From UHGV virus genome UHGV-0222321: 38,425 nucleotides of DNA; one strand, given 5' to 3'. The DNA is from a virus. The position numbers and the translations under genes were made by a program. Positions 16,900 through 27,270 of this stretch are shown here, piece after piece. Position 1 is the first letter of the stretch, and every line of letters starts with the position of its first letter. Under the pieces are notes generated by a model, which was not told the DNA's origin, did no database searches, and saw only the letters and a program-made list of their open reading frames with translations.

Positions 16900-18045
16900 A
16901 TGAAAATTGACACATTGGACAAAGAACTTCAGAAGAAAGTCGTAACCATGCTGAATGAAGCGGAAGACAAAAGTGAAGCGATTTATCAGGCGGCTGTGAT
17001 GATTGCCGAAGAACAGCATAAGCATCTGATCAGCGAACTGGTAGAGGAGAACGCAAGGGCAGCGGCGGACGAAGACTACAGAAAGAAGCTGGGTCTTCGG
17101 GTATTGACAAAAGAGGAAACATCCTTTTATGAAAAATTCAAGGATATTAAACAGGCGATTACGGCAGAGCAGATCGATATCCTTCCAACATCGATTATTG
17201 ACCGTACATTGGACGATATCAAAAAAAGCAGCGATATTCTGTCCATGGTACAGATGGCGCCGGCAGATGTAAAGAAATGGATCGTAGCGGAACACTCCGG
17301 AAAAGCAGTCTGGGGGAACCTGACCGATGCGGTTCAGGGCGAGCTATCCGCATCGATTAAAGGCTTGAATATTGAACAGCACAAGATGACAGCGTATATT
17401 GTCATCCCTAAAGCAATCCGGGATCTGGCGCTTCCATTTGTTGATCGGTATTTTACGGCAGTTCTGGCAGAAGCCATGCAGGATGGATTTGTGACGGGAT
17501 ATCTTTCCGGGGATGGAAAGACGGGACCAATCGGGATTATGAAGCAGATTGAAACATTCAAAGAAGACGGGACGGCTGACGATAAAGCGGTGATTAATAC
17601 AGTGAAAAAGTTTTCCCCGAAAGGCCTAGCGGAAGTCAGAAAAACGCTGACAAATAATGGGAAGAGAACCGTTTCTGAGCTGCATCTGATTTGTAACCCG
17701 TTAGATGAAGCAGAATATGTAGATCCGGCGCTTTATGGCGAGGCATTAACAGGAGGATACCGAAATACATCTTTCATGCCGATTGTAAAGCATGTGGACG
17801 CGAACTGCCCGCAGGGGAAGGGAATTTTTACCATTCCGAATGTCTATGTGATGGGAGCAACATCTTTCGAGGTAAAGGAGTATGACCAGACAAAAGCAAT
17901 GGACGACGCGGATCTGGTGATTGGAAAGTGTTATGCAAACGGGCGTGCGGTAGATGATAATTGCGCGGTTGTATTTGATATCACAAAGCTGGAAGAATAT
18001 AAGCTTCCAGTAACGACAGCGACAACTCCAGAAAAGGGAAAATAA
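16900..18045 (+). CDS. Major capsid protein (HK97 fold)
   Basis: Helical N-terminal delta-like region; 381 aa; follows the protease. Confidence 0.92.
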   Translation: MKIDTLDKELQKKVVTMLNEAEDKSEAIYQAAVMIAEEQHKHLISELVEENARAAADEDYRKKLGLRVLTKEETSFYEKFKDIKQAITAEQIDILPTSIIDRTLDDIKKSSDILSMVQMAPADVKKWIVAEHSGKAVWGNLTDAVQGELSASIKGLNIEQHKMTAYIVIPKAIRDLALPFVDRYFTAVLAEAMQDGFVTGYLSGDGKTGPIGIMKQIETFKEDGTADDKAVINTVKKFSPKGLAEVRKTLTNNGKRTVSELHLICNPLDEAEYVDPALYGEALTGGYRNTSFMPIVKHVDANCPQGKGIFTIPNVYVMGATSFEVKEYDQTKAMDDADLVIGKCYANGRAVDDNCAVVFDITKLEEYKLPVTTATTPEKGK

Positions 18046-18416
18046 TCAGTCCTGACATTATGACATTGTTTCCGGCAGGTCAGGACTTATTAGGTAAGAA
18101 AGCTTCTGATTTGGTAGGAGAGGATCTTTGTGTATATGAAGATGGAACCGTTGAAGGAACACTGAAAGCTGTTACCGGATACACGGGATTCTCCTCCGAA
18201 GAGGAAGAACAAAGCGGGCATTATTTCCCGTTCAAGCTTACAAAGACCGGAAAGAAAATGAGTTTAAAGAAAAATGGAGTGGCAGCAGAAGGAAAAGAAA
18301 ACATGACGTTTGATCCAGAAATCATTTTGAGAGTATCCAAAGAAGATACATGGAAGATCGAAGTGGATGAATCGGAAGTGATTACTTTCAATTTTGAAAA
18401 AGCTGTTTTGGAATAA
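18042..18416 (+). CDS. Capsid C-terminal extension reached by -1 frameshift (beta-rich domain)
   Basis: G_GGA_AAA 18036-18042, stem 18048-18056/18079-18087, open -1 frame, no SD before ATG 18060. Confidence 0.75.
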   Translation: MISPDIMTLFPAGQDLLGKKASDLVGEDLCVYEDGTVEGTLKAVTGYTGFSSEEEEQSGHYFPFKLTKTGKKMSLKKNGVAAEGKENMTFDPEIILRVSKEDTWKIEVDESEVITFNFEKAVLE

Positions 18417-18429
18417 GTAGCAGGAGGGG

Positions 18430-18717
18430 ATGACGTTGGAGCTGGAAAAACTGATTACAGAAATACGGCAGGATTATCAGATCCCGCCGTATTTTCAGGA
18501 TACAGGATTAATGAGATACCTGGAAGAGGGAAAAGCAAGATTGGATTTTTTGAATCCAGGACAAAGTCTGGATGATGACTATACTTTCCGAATGTTGTTA
18601 AAAAACTATGTGTATTACGCTTACCATCACAAAGTGAATGAATGGGAAGATAATTATAAGGCTCTAATTTTAAGCTGGCAGATGGGAAGTGAGGTGAAGA
18701 CACATGCAGATGCCTGA
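18430..18717 (+). CDS. Head-tail connector
   Basis: Size, position, LLKNYVYYAY. Confidence 0.75.
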   Translation: MTLELEKLITEIRQDYQIPPYFQDTGLMRYLEEGKARLDFLNPGQSLDDDYTFRMLLKNYVYYAYHHKVNEWEDNYKALILSWQMGSEVKTHADA

Positions 18718-19051
18718 ATATACATCAGGAGCAATGCAGCTTTATTACATCCGGCAGGACGAATCCAAGGATTATCCAGAGGAGCATTTGGAGAATTCCA
18801 ATGTGGGGGACATATGGTATCGGGAATTATCAGTGTTTGATCGGACAAAGTATGAATTCGATCAGGGCGGGAAAGAAGTGACGATGAAGATTCGGATTCC
18901 AGTGTATAAGGGCATTGATAGCAGGTGTGTATGTATGATTGAAGGGAAACAGCACCATGTTTATAATGCCACGCATGTGACGGATAAAGACGGATTTCAG
19001 GAAACGGAACTTACGTTGATTCGCCCAGAAAAGGAGCTGAAAATACAATGA
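18704..19051 (+). CDS. Head closure protein
   Basis: Position; beta-rich sequence. Confidence 0.7.
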   Translation: MQMPEYTSGAMQLYYIRQDESKDYPEEHLENSNVGDIWYRELSVFDRTKYEFDQGGKEVTMKIRIPVYKGIDSRCVCMIEGKQHHVYNATHVTDKDGFQETELTLIRPEKELKIQ

Positions 19052-19389
19052 CAAAACAGGAATTAAGCAGTTTACTGAAAAGTTTGGGAGTTCCGGTAAA
19101 TGAAGGAATTACAAGCGATAAGAACACGAACGAATATCCAAGGATTGTATTTTGGCCGTATCTGGAAGAAGACGAAATGGCCTCCGGAAATGAATACCAG
19201 AATGTTGTTACATACCAGATCTCGTTCTTTGCCCGCACACCTCAGCATGACAAATATAAAGAGTTACGGAAGAAGTTGCGAGAACAGGGGATTCACCCTA
19301 AATTTCAGCACGAATATGTGGAAAAAGATCCTGTATTCTCAAAAACATGGCACACCTACTTTTCCGTGGATGTGATAGAAGATGTCTGA
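19048..19389 (+). CDS. Tail terminator/completion protein
   Basis: YPRIVF...YQISFF; position. Confidence 0.65.
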   Translation: MTKQELSSLLKSLGVPVNEGITSDKNTNEYPRIVFWPYLEEDEMASGNEYQNVVTYQISFFARTPQHDKYKELRKKLREQGIHPKFQHEYVEKDPVFSKTWHTYFSVDVIEDV

Positions 19390-19744
19390 CATGAAATTTT
19401 ACACGGGTGGATTGGACTTCATGGAAGACCTTATGCAGCGGTATCAGGTAACAGATGAAAAGGCGTTGTCAGCTATAGAAACAGGAGCTAAGATGCTGGC
19501 CGATGATGTAAGGAAACTCCCAAAACCACGTTCTAAGATGACCGGGTCCGGATACACACATCTTTTAGATACCGTAACGACAAGGAGAACGAAAGGTGAA
19601 ATAGAAGTCGGATGGGGGAAATATTATGGCCCAATGGTAGAAAATGGAACAGTGAGGGCAGATGCGGTTCCGCATGTGATGCCGACATTCCAGAAAAATA
19701 AACAGAAGTATTATCAAGCGATTGACAAGGAATTATGGAAGTAA
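19382..19744 (+). CDS. HK97 gp10-like tail completion protein
   Basis: YYGPMVENGT...PHVMPTF. Confidence 0.85.
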   Translation: MSDMKFYTGGLDFMEDLMQRYQVTDEKALSAIETGAKMLADDVRKLPKPRSKMTGSGYTHLLDTVTTRRTKGEIEVGWGKYYGPMVENGTVRADAVPHVMPTFQKNKQKYYQAIDKELWK

Positions 19745-19757
19745 AGGAGAAAAAAGA

Positions 19758-20381
19758 ATGGCAATTACGAAAAAGAAACCGCCAATTAAAGAGACGGTCG
19801 GGGCGCAGTATATCTGCTTCGATCAGTCGGAAGACGGAGAATATTCAGGGGAATATAGTGAAGAGGTGGAGTGCACCGAAGTGGTAAAAAGTGTAACTGT
19901 AACAGAAAACGCGGAAAACACAGATGTATATTCAAGTGGCATCGTATACGATACAGATTCCAGCGTCTCTTCAACGGATATTGAAGTAGAAGTGATTGCG
20001 TTCCCGGCAGAAACACTGGCTAAAATGCGGGGAGATACAGTGGATGAAGGTGGTCTGATTCTTTCGGGAGGGAAAGGAATTCGTCCATTTTTTGCATATG
20101 GAAAGGTTGTAAAACTGAAAAAAGGGAAGATACGTCTGGAGTGGTATCCAAAATGCAGGCTCGCGGAAAATACAGACGAAACGAAAACGAGGGAAGAGAG
20201 CTTTTCTGAACAGACAGACACGATTACCATTAAGGCATATGCCTTTAATGATAATGAAGATATCAAAGCGATGGTCGATTCTTCCTCATCCGCATTTCCG
20301 GCAGGATTGACGGAAGAAAAGTTTTTTGAAAAACCAATACTGACAAAAGAGGATTTGACGTCAGCGGTTTCCGGTTCATAA
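19758..20381 (+). CDS. Major tail protein
   Basis: PFFAYG...WYPKC; position. Confidence 0.88.
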   Translation: MAITKKKPPIKETVGAQYICFDQSEDGEYSGEYSEEVECTEVVKSVTVTENAENTDVYSSGIVYDTDSSVSSTDIEVEVIAFPAETLAKMRGDTVDEGGLILSGGKGIRPFFAYGKVVKLKKGKIRLEWYPKCRLAENTDETKTREESFSEQTDTITIKAYAFNDNEDIKAMVDSSSSAFPAGLTEEKFFEKPILTKEDLTSAVSGS

Positions 20382-20392
20382 AGGAGAGAGGC

Positions 20393-20737
20393 ATGAAGGA
20401 AAATTTTATTGATTTGACAGACGGCACAAGGCTTTCTGTCAGGGTAAATTTTGGGACGATCTATTACCTGCAAAAACAGAAGGGATTTTATCGTATCCAG
20501 AAGAAAGCAGAGAAAAACAAAAAGAAACTGACGGAAGAAGAAAGCTTTGAGCTGGCGGCCTATGTGATTTACGCAATCCTAAGAAGCAATGGGAAAACAG
20601 TAGGATTTGACGAAGCGCTTTCCCTTGTCCCTCCAGATACGGAACAATTAGAAAAGGTACTGCAAGTATTCCAGGAAGAATATGACCGGTATGTTAAAAA
20701 AAAACAGGCACAGTCGAGTGTGATGCCGGGGAAATAA
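20393..20737 (+). CDS. Tail assembly chaperone (gpG-like)
   Basis: Between MTP and TMP; A9 slippery run 20696-20704. Confidence 0.85.
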   Translation: MKENFIDLTDGTRLSVRVNFGTIYYLQKQKGFYRIQKKAEKNKKKLTEEESFELAAYVIYAILRSNGKTVGFDEALSLVPPDTEQLEKVLQVFQEEYDRYVKKKQAQSSVMPGK

Positions 20738-20883
20738 ACTGGCCGGAATATATGGTGGCGGCGAGAAAGATGGGAATGAGTGAAGAAGAATTTTGGAATT
20801 CAGACCCGATCTTTTTTAACGAATGTTATGAAGTGTTTCAGAAAGATAGAAGAAGGGAGGTAGAGGCACTATATGGCGGATAA
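20704..20883 (+). CDS. Tail chaperone -1 frame extension (gpGT-like)
   Basis: -1 frame TGTVECDAGEINWPEYMVAARKMGMSEEEFWNSDP...*. Confidence 0.8.
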   Translation, partial: TGTVECDAGEINWPEYMVAARKMGMSEEEFWNSDPIFFNECYEVFQKDRRREVEALYGG

Positions 20884-22711
20884 GCTACAAAGAGTAGGTC
20901 TTGTCTTTAAGGCGGACGGGTCTGTGGATTTCAATAAAAGCCTGAAGGAAGTCACAGCATCCATACAGGAAAACAGGAGCGCATTTGAACTGGTGAAGTC
21001 AACATGGGATGACAGCACAAAGACGGCGGAGAAACTGAAAGAAACACAAAAATATTTGTCAGAGCAGACAAAAGATTATTCCGATAAAGTGACTTTACTG
21101 TCCCGACAACTGGATGAACTGGAGGCGGCAGAGAAACGGGACGAACGAGCAATTCAAAATAAGAGAAATCAACTGAATCAGGCAAAGAAATCGCTGAATA
21201 ACTACAAAAAAGGGCTGGATGAAGTCGAAGACAAGTTAAAAAGCGGAAGCGCCAGAATGAATGATTATGCCAAAAAGTTGGATGATGTTGGGAATAAGGC
21301 GAAAAGTGCAGGCGAAAAGATGAGCGGAATTTCCACAGCGGCGGCGGGGATCATCGGGGCGGTAGCGGCCACAGTACCTGCCACTGAGGAATACCGAAAA
21401 ATCATGGGATCGCTGGAAGTGTCAAGTGAACTGTCAGGATACAGCGCAGAGGAAACGAAGCAGACTTATCAGACATTGTTCGGTGTTCTTGGGGATGACC
21501 AGACAGCAGCGACTACAACGGCAAATTTGCAGGCAATGGGGCTTTCCCAACAGCAGCTTACCCAAATGGTAAACGGGACGATTGGGGCATGGGCGAAGTA
21601 CGGAGATAGTATTCCAATTGATGGGCTGGCGGAATCCATCAATGAAACAGCAAGAACAGCAGCAGTAACAGGAACGTTTGCGGATGTCCTGAACTGGGCG
21701 GGGACCTCGGAAGATGCGTTTAATGAAAAACTGGCTAATTGCCGCACGGAATCTGAGAGGACAAACCTTATCATGCAGGAATTGGCAAACCAGGGACTGA
21801 TGCAGGCAGGGCAGAAATGGCAGGAAAATAACAAAAATCTGGTAGAGGGAAATAAGGCAACGGCAGACTTTCAGGCAGCAACCGCACAGCTTGCGGAAAC
21901 AGTGGCTCCGATTATTACGCAGATTACTCAGATTGCGGCAGGGCTTTTAGAAAAATTCAATGCACTTCCACCAAGCACACAGAGGATCATCGGAGTGATA
22001 GTCCTCTTGACTGCGGCGATCGCACCCGCGCTGACGGGAATTGGATTAATGACAACGGGGGTAGGAAACTTGATGAAGGGATTTGAAAAGCTAAGTCCTA
22101 AGATCAAAGCGGTTTGGGGTGTAATAAACGCAAATCCTATTTCCAGAGCGATAACGCTGATCAGTGTGTTAGTGGGCGGTCTTGTGACTTTGTATAATAA
22201 ATGCAAGTGGTTCCGGGATTTGGTAGACCCTATTTTAGACTGGATTAAGGATAAAGTCGAAAAAATAGTAGGATTTTTTGAGGACTTATTTTCTTTTGGA
22301 GATAAAAAATCCAGTGGGAAGAGCAAAAAGAAAAGCAGCAAAAAAAGCCGTTCTGTGAACCCGTTGTCATTGCGTACACCATCCATGCCGATCACATGGT
22401 ATGCGAAAGGTGGGATTTTGAACCGCCCGACCATATTTGGTGCAAACGGTAGTACGCTAATGGGAGGCGGGGAAGCAGGAAAAGAAGCCGTTCTTCCGAT
22501 TGACTTATTGAAATCTTATATCAGAGAGGAAAACTCCAGAAACAATGGCATCATGGCACAGATATTGTCCGAAGTAATAAAAGATCTCCAGATTGTGGCG
22601 GAGAACAATATTTATCTTGGAGATACGAAATTAGTGTCTGTGATGACGGACATGATCCTGGATAAAATGGGGCAGAAGCATCGGGCATATCGAGCGGCGA
22701 AAGGAGAGTAA
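20873..22711 (+). CDS. Tape measure protein (612 aa)
   Basis: Helical Ala-rich sequence, TM segments, WYAKGGI...GGGEAGKEAVLP. Confidence 0.92.
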   Translation: MADKLQRVGLVFKADGSVDFNKSLKEVTASIQENRSAFELVKSTWDDSTKTAEKLKETQKYLSEQTKDYSDKVTLLSRQLDELEAAEKRDERAIQNKRNQLNQAKKSLNNYKKGLDEVEDKLKSGSARMNDYAKKLDDVGNKAKSAGEKMSGISTAAAGIIGAVAATVPATEEYRKIMGSLEVSSELSGYSAEETKQTYQTLFGVLGDDQTAATTTANLQAMGLSQQQLTQMVNGTIGAWAKYGDSIPIDGLAESINETARTAAVTGTFADVLNWAGTSEDAFNEKLANCRTESERTNLIMQELANQGLMQAGQKWQENNKNLVEGNKATADFQAATAQLAETVAPIITQITQIAAGLLEKFNALPPSTQRIIGVIVLLTAAIAPALTGIGLMTTGVGNLMKGFEKLSPKIKAVWGVINANPISRAITLISVLVGGLVTLYNKCKWFRDLVDPILDWIKDKVEKIVGFFEDLFSFGDKKSSGKSKKKSSKKSRSVNPLSLRTPSMPITWYAKGGILNRPTIFGANGSTLMGGGEAGKEAVLPIDLLKSYIREENSRNNGIMAQILSEVIKDLQIVAENNIYLGDTKLVSVMTDMILDKMGQKHRAYRAAKGE

Positions 22712-22716
22712 AGGCA

Positions 22717-23415
22717 ATGTATGATATCTGTTATGGTGGACGGCGGGCCTCTGAGTTTGGGGTCTGCATATCAGACAGACCAGATATTCCAGCGGCGAAA
22801 AAGAAGATGGAGAGTATTGAGATTGCGGGAAGAGACGGGATGCTCTACCTGGAGGAAGAGGCCTATGAAGAATCTGAAATTGAAATTCCGATGAATTATA
22901 TTGGGCCAGAAGATGCTTGGATGGAACGGTGGAGGCTGATCCAGGGATGGCTTTCTGAAAGGAATACGGATTTGATTCTGGGTGATGACCGAAATTATTT
23001 TTTCAGAATTTCCAAAGTAGAAATTGACACGAATGAGAGAAGCAGCAGGCGGATAGGATCGTTCAAGGCGGTATTTATATCAAAGGATGGATTATCCTAT
23101 TTGCAGGATGGGCTTGCGGAATATAGTTGTAAAGCGGTGAGGTATAATCCTTATCTGCTGGCCTATCCAACATATCATATTTCCGGGAGAGGAGTGTGTG
23201 AGCTTTCTGTGAATGGGAATTCATTTTCAGTAGAACTTACCGGAGAAGCATACATTGACACCGAGCGAAAGCTGGTTTATAGGTCGGATGGGACTGTAGT
23301 GAATAAGGCCGCGAAAGGGGACTTTGAAGATCTGTTCTTGCTTCCTGGAGAAAATGAAGTCGGATATCATGGTGCTTTCCAGGTCCAGGTCATACCAAAC
23401 TGGAGGCGGTTATAA
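22717..23415 (+). CDS. Distal tail protein (Dit)
   Basis: IAGRDG...LLPGEN; follows TMP. Confidence 0.85.
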   Translation: MYDICYGGRRASEFGVCISDRPDIPAAKKKMESIEIAGRDGMLYLEEEAYEESEIEIPMNYIGPEDAWMERWRLIQGWLSERNTDLILGDDRNYFFRISKVEIDTNERSSRRIGSFKAVFISKDGLSYLQDGLAEYSCKAVRYNPYLLAYPTYHISGRGVCELSVNGNSFSVELTGEAYIDTERKLVYRSDGTVVNKAAKGDFEDLFLLPGENEVGYHGAFQVQVIPNWRRL

Positions 23416-25151
23416 TGATTGAAATTTATGAGGCGGGAAACGAGGATTTCCTGCACAACGGGGATATGACATTGTTGCCTGAAAGCTGTGAAACAGAGTG
23501 CGAACTCAACGGAAGTTGGGAAATGGAATTATCACATCCAATAGACCCGGATGGGAGATGGACATTGATACAGGAAGGGGCCGTGATTGCGGCTCCTTTG
23601 TTTCACTCAAAAAAGCAGCTTTTTCGGATTTACAAAAAGAAAAAAAACAGGATACGCGTCACAGCGTATGCGAGACCGATTCTATATGACGCGGCCAAGG
23701 AACTATATCTGAACAGGCTGGAAATATCGGGAACCGGGCAGCAGGTATTGAACTATATGACAAGAGGGCAGGAAAAGTACCGGGCATCCTCTGATATTAT
23801 AAAAACAGCATATGTAGAATGTATAAGGACAAACCTGATTGAGGCTGTACAAGGTGATGGCGATCATTCCTTTTTGAAGAAGTTCGGAGGGGAGGTGTTC
23901 TATGACAATTATGAAATGATAATCAATGAGCAGATCGGCGAAGATAATGGGGCAAGGGCGGAATTCGGATATAATTGCAAAGAGATCGAAGAAGAGATTG
24001 ATATGTCGGATGTCATAACAAGGATTGTTCCGGTGGCGTATAACGATTACATGCTTGACGGGGAAACCCCGTGGGTGGATAGTCCATTGATTGGCAATTA
24101 CCCGGTGATCTATACGAAAACGGTAGAGTTTAAAGACGTAAAGCTGGCGACAGATGCCAAAGAAGGAGAGGAAAGCTTTGATTCTTTAGAGGAGCTGAGG
24201 AGAGAACTTGTAAGACGATGCCAGGAACAATTTCAGGAAGGTGTGGACAAACCGAAATGCAGTTATTCTTGTGATATGTACGCAATCGAGAATACAGAAC
24301 AATACCGAAATGTAAAAGGCCTGGAAGCGATCGGGCTTGGAGATACGGTACAATGCAAAAATAAGAAATTGGGAATCACGACTACAGCGAGGGCGATTTC
24401 GATCACTTACGATAACGTCAGAAAAAAGAATTCCAAAGTGGAGCTGGGGGAGTTCCGTTACAATTACTTAAAAGAGATGTCATCGGTAGCACAGAGAGTG
24501 GAGAAGACAATCCGGGAAGATGGTTCCCTGGTTGCGGAGCAGGTTCAGGGGACGATTGATGCCATGAAAGCAAACCTGTACGCACAATCAACGGCCGCAA
24601 AAAAGACAAATTCGGCGGCGTTTTTGATCGAAGTGCTGGATGAACTGTCAGCGTTATATGGGGCGATGGAAGCGGGAACACAAGGCCTTCGGGTGGCGAA
24701 AGAGAAGCTGCCGGATGGGACGTGGGACTGGAAGACAGCCGTTACAGCAGCGGGAATCATAGCGGATCTGATCGTTGCCGGAAAGTTGGCGGACAAGCTG
24801 GGAAATAATTATTTTGATCTGGATGAAGGGGTTATCAATGCACAGAAAATGACGATTGGACCATTTGGGGTGACAACCGATGGATTCCTTTATATGAAAC
24901 ATGGAGAGACAACAAGTGATTCGTACTGGAGAGCGATAGTAGGGCCGGATGGACAAACAGGAGAGACCCATTTCCGGTCGGGTCGGATAGAGGCGGATGT
25001 GGTACAGACAGACAATATTCATATTGGTACTGTCGGAGTTGATGAGAAGACAACAAAAACCGGGAGGGCGGAGTTCTCTGACGGCTCCTATATGGACTTC
25101 GTAGATGGAATCTTTGTAGGAGGGAAGACCGCCGAAGGGGGAACTGTCTGA
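23415..25151 (+). CDS. Tail spike/hub (Tal, prophage tail endopeptidase-like)
   Basis: ELNGSWEMEL.HP, GLGDTV; position. Confidence 0.88.
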   Translation: MIEIYEAGNEDFLHNGDMTLLPESCETECELNGSWEMELSHPIDPDGRWTLIQEGAVIAAPLFHSKKQLFRIYKKKKNRIRVTAYARPILYDAAKELYLNRLEISGTGQQVLNYMTRGQEKYRASSDIIKTAYVECIRTNLIEAVQGDGDHSFLKKFGGEVFYDNYEMIINEQIGEDNGARAEFGYNCKEIEEEIDMSDVITRIVPVAYNDYMLDGETPWVDSPLIGNYPVIYTKTVEFKDVKLATDAKEGEESFDSLEELRRELVRRCQEQFQEGVDKPKCSYSCDMYAIENTEQYRNVKGLEAIGLGDTVQCKNKKLGITTTARAISITYDNVRKKNSKVELGEFRYNYLKEMSSVAQRVEKTIREDGSLVAEQVQGTIDAMKANLYAQSTAAKKTNSAAFLIEVLDELSALYGAMEAGTQGLRVAKEKLPDGTWDWKTAVTAAGIIADLIVAGKLADKLGNNYFDLDEGVINAQKMTIGPFGVTTDGFLYMKHGETTSDSYWRAIVGPDGQTGETHFRSGRIEADVVQTDNIHIGTVGVDEKTTKTGRAEFSDGSYMDFVDGIFVGGKTAEGGTV

Positions 25152-26122
25152 TGGGATACATTGAGAATGGAACAGAGATAGCAAAAAAGCTAAATGAACA
25201 ATACGGATGGGCTAGAAATCCGATTGTTGCGTACCTGGCAAATGCCCAGCAGGAGTCCAACCTCAATCCGGCCTCCTTTCAGAGCGGACAAGGAAACTGG
25301 AATTCTGGCGTAGGCTTGAATCAGTGGACACCAGGAACGAATCTACAGACTAGAGCGCGGGCGATCGGGAGGACGGATTATTTGACCATCGACTGCCAGC
25401 TTGCGGTTACTGATTATGAAAGAAGGACAGGGATCCAGTACTATGCGACAAGCGCTTACAATATTTCCTTTAATGATTTCATAAAATCATCAAGGGATAT
25501 CGAATGGCTTACCTATGCGTGGGAGGCAAACTATGAAAGAGCCGGGACTCCAATGATGGAGAACCGGCTTCGCTATGCGCGGGAATGGGATACAAGAATT
25601 GATGGCATCCTGAAAAATATTGTGGAGGAAGCGGTACAATGGGCCATTGATACAGCAAATGACAGCTCGCACGGATATGACCAAGGGAATCGATGGGGAC
25701 CGGATTATGACTGCTCTTCGTTTCTGACAACGGCGTACCGAAAAGCGGGTCTGTCTATCGGCGGAGGAACGGCAGTTAATACCGCAAATATGAGAAGCTA
25801 TTTTATGGCGGCGGGTTTCCAAGATGTGACAAGTCAGGTGAACTTCCGGTCAGGCTCTGGAATCATTCGCGGAGACGTTTTAATTACCGGGCAAAAAGGG
25901 CACACGGCCATGAGCATCGGAGACGGACAAGTCGTACAGGCAAGCATCAATGAGTTTGGGGGAACGGTTGGAGGACAGACAGGAGACCAGACAGGACAAG
26001 AGATCTGGGTTACAAGATATTATAACTATCCGTGGGGATACTGTCTGAGATATCCAGGCGGAGGAAGTGTGACACCTCCAGAACCCAAGAATGTAGCGTT
26101 TGTACGGTGGATTCCTGCATAA
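25151..26122 (+). CDS. Virion peptidoglycan hydrolase: phage tail lysozyme plus NlpC/P60-like domain
   Basis: NAQQES..NP, GLNQWTP, YER; YDCSS...GHTA. Confidence 0.85.
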   Translation: MGYIENGTEIAKKLNEQYGWARNPIVAYLANAQQESNLNPASFQSGQGNWNSGVGLNQWTPGTNLQTRARAIGRTDYLTIDCQLAVTDYERRTGIQYYATSAYNISFNDFIKSSRDIEWLTYAWEANYERAGTPMMENRLRYAREWDTRIDGILKNIVEEAVQWAIDTANDSSHGYDQGNRWGPDYDCSSFLTTAYRKAGLSIGGGTAVNTANMRSYFMAAGFQDVTSQVNFRSGSGIIRGDVLITGQKGHTAMSIGDGQVVQASINEFGGTVGGQTGDQTGQEIWVTRYYNYPWGYCLRYPGGGSVTPPEPKNVAFVRWIPA

Positions 26123-26137
26123 AAGGGAGGAGGAACG

Positions 26138-26950
26138 ATGGAATCAACAAAAGTTTTAAGTTTGGATTTAAGAGTCAAAGGGATTACAAATGTGATCTTT
26201 GCGACACAGCATGATACCGGGCGTTTGGTTAAGGTGCTTCTGTCAGGGACGGAGGGAATGATTTATAAAGCTCGTGTTTACTGTAAAAAACCGTCTGGGA
26301 AAGAAACATATACGGAAGGCACCGTATTCAATGATTATTGTGTACTTTTTGGATTAACGGAACAGATGCTGGCAGAGAGTGGGACAGTAAAAGCGCAGCT
26401 TCATTTGATGGATAAAAGCAGAGTTGTAACCTCTTTTGAGTTTCATATTCAAGTAAGCCAGAACTTGGTAGCAATGTCCAATATAACGAGTTCTGACGAT
26501 TACGAGGCGTTGATCGATGCGCTTGGAAGGTTGGAACATATTGATCCAGTCGAGATTTCTGAATCAGAGATTGACGATCTGGATGATGGAGAAACAGAAA
26601 CTATGTATAGCATGAATATACTAAAAGAATATGGTTCCATAGAGGATATGAATGAGGGATTTTCTTCAGACGGACTGACAGAAGGGTCATTGGTGATTGT
26701 CAACACGGGAAATGTAGAAGACGATGAAAATGCGGCAGTATATAAGAAACGGAGCCAGGGGTATGAGCTTCTGGTTGACCTATCAGGGAAACGGGGAGCG
26801 ACAGGCCCGCAGGGTCCGCAGGGGAAACAAGGCATACAAGGACCGACCGGTCCGCAAGGCCCTCAGGGTCCAAAAGGGGAGCCTGGGGAGGTGGAAGGTG
26901 TAGAACAAATTGAAAATTCAGATATTGATGCGTTGGGAGGCGGTTCGTGA
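26138..26950 (+). CDS. BppU-like baseplate protein with collagen repeat
   Basis: QHDTGR...KKPSG; Gly-X-Y run. Confidence 0.8.
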   Translation: MESTKVLSLDLRVKGITNVIFATQHDTGRLVKVLLSGTEGMIYKARVYCKKPSGKETYTEGTVFNDYCVLFGLTEQMLAESGTVKAQLHLMDKSRVVTSFEFHIQVSQNLVAMSNITSSDDYEALIDALGRLEHIDPVEISESEIDDLDDGETETMYSMNILKEYGSIEDMNEGFSSDGLTEGSLVIVNTGNVEDDENAAVYKKRSQGYELLVDLSGKRGATGPQGPQGKQGIQGPTGPQGPQGPKGEPGEVEGVEQIENSDIDALGGGS

Positions 26951-27270
26951 TGCGTATCTTGAAATTTCATGTGAAAGGCCAGAACCTTGTGAAGGACCAG
27001 CAATGCGATTTTAGTGGAATTGTAGCGGAGACAGAAGGATATCTCAATGCGGAATTTTTTTGTAGTAATGAATGGAAGGGATGCAAAAAAGTAGCCGGAT
27101 TTACCAAACTGGGAAAAGAATATTATGCTCCTGTGATAAATGGACGGTGTCAGATACCGAAGGAAGCGCTGACATTTACGTCATTTGAGGTGCGACTGTA
27201 TGGGAAAAGGGAAGGATACCGGATCACGACAAATTCCGTAACTATACACCAGGAAGGGGTGAGGCAATGA
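26947..27270 (+). CDS. Baseplate-associated protein
   Basis: LKFHVKGQ...YLNAEF...CQIPKEAL. Confidence 0.7.
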   Translation: MMRILKFHVKGQNLVKDQQCDFSGIVAETEGYLNAEFFCSNEWKGCKKVAGFTKLGKEYYAPVINGRCQIPKEALTFTSFEVRLYGKREGYRITTNSVTIHQEGVRQ

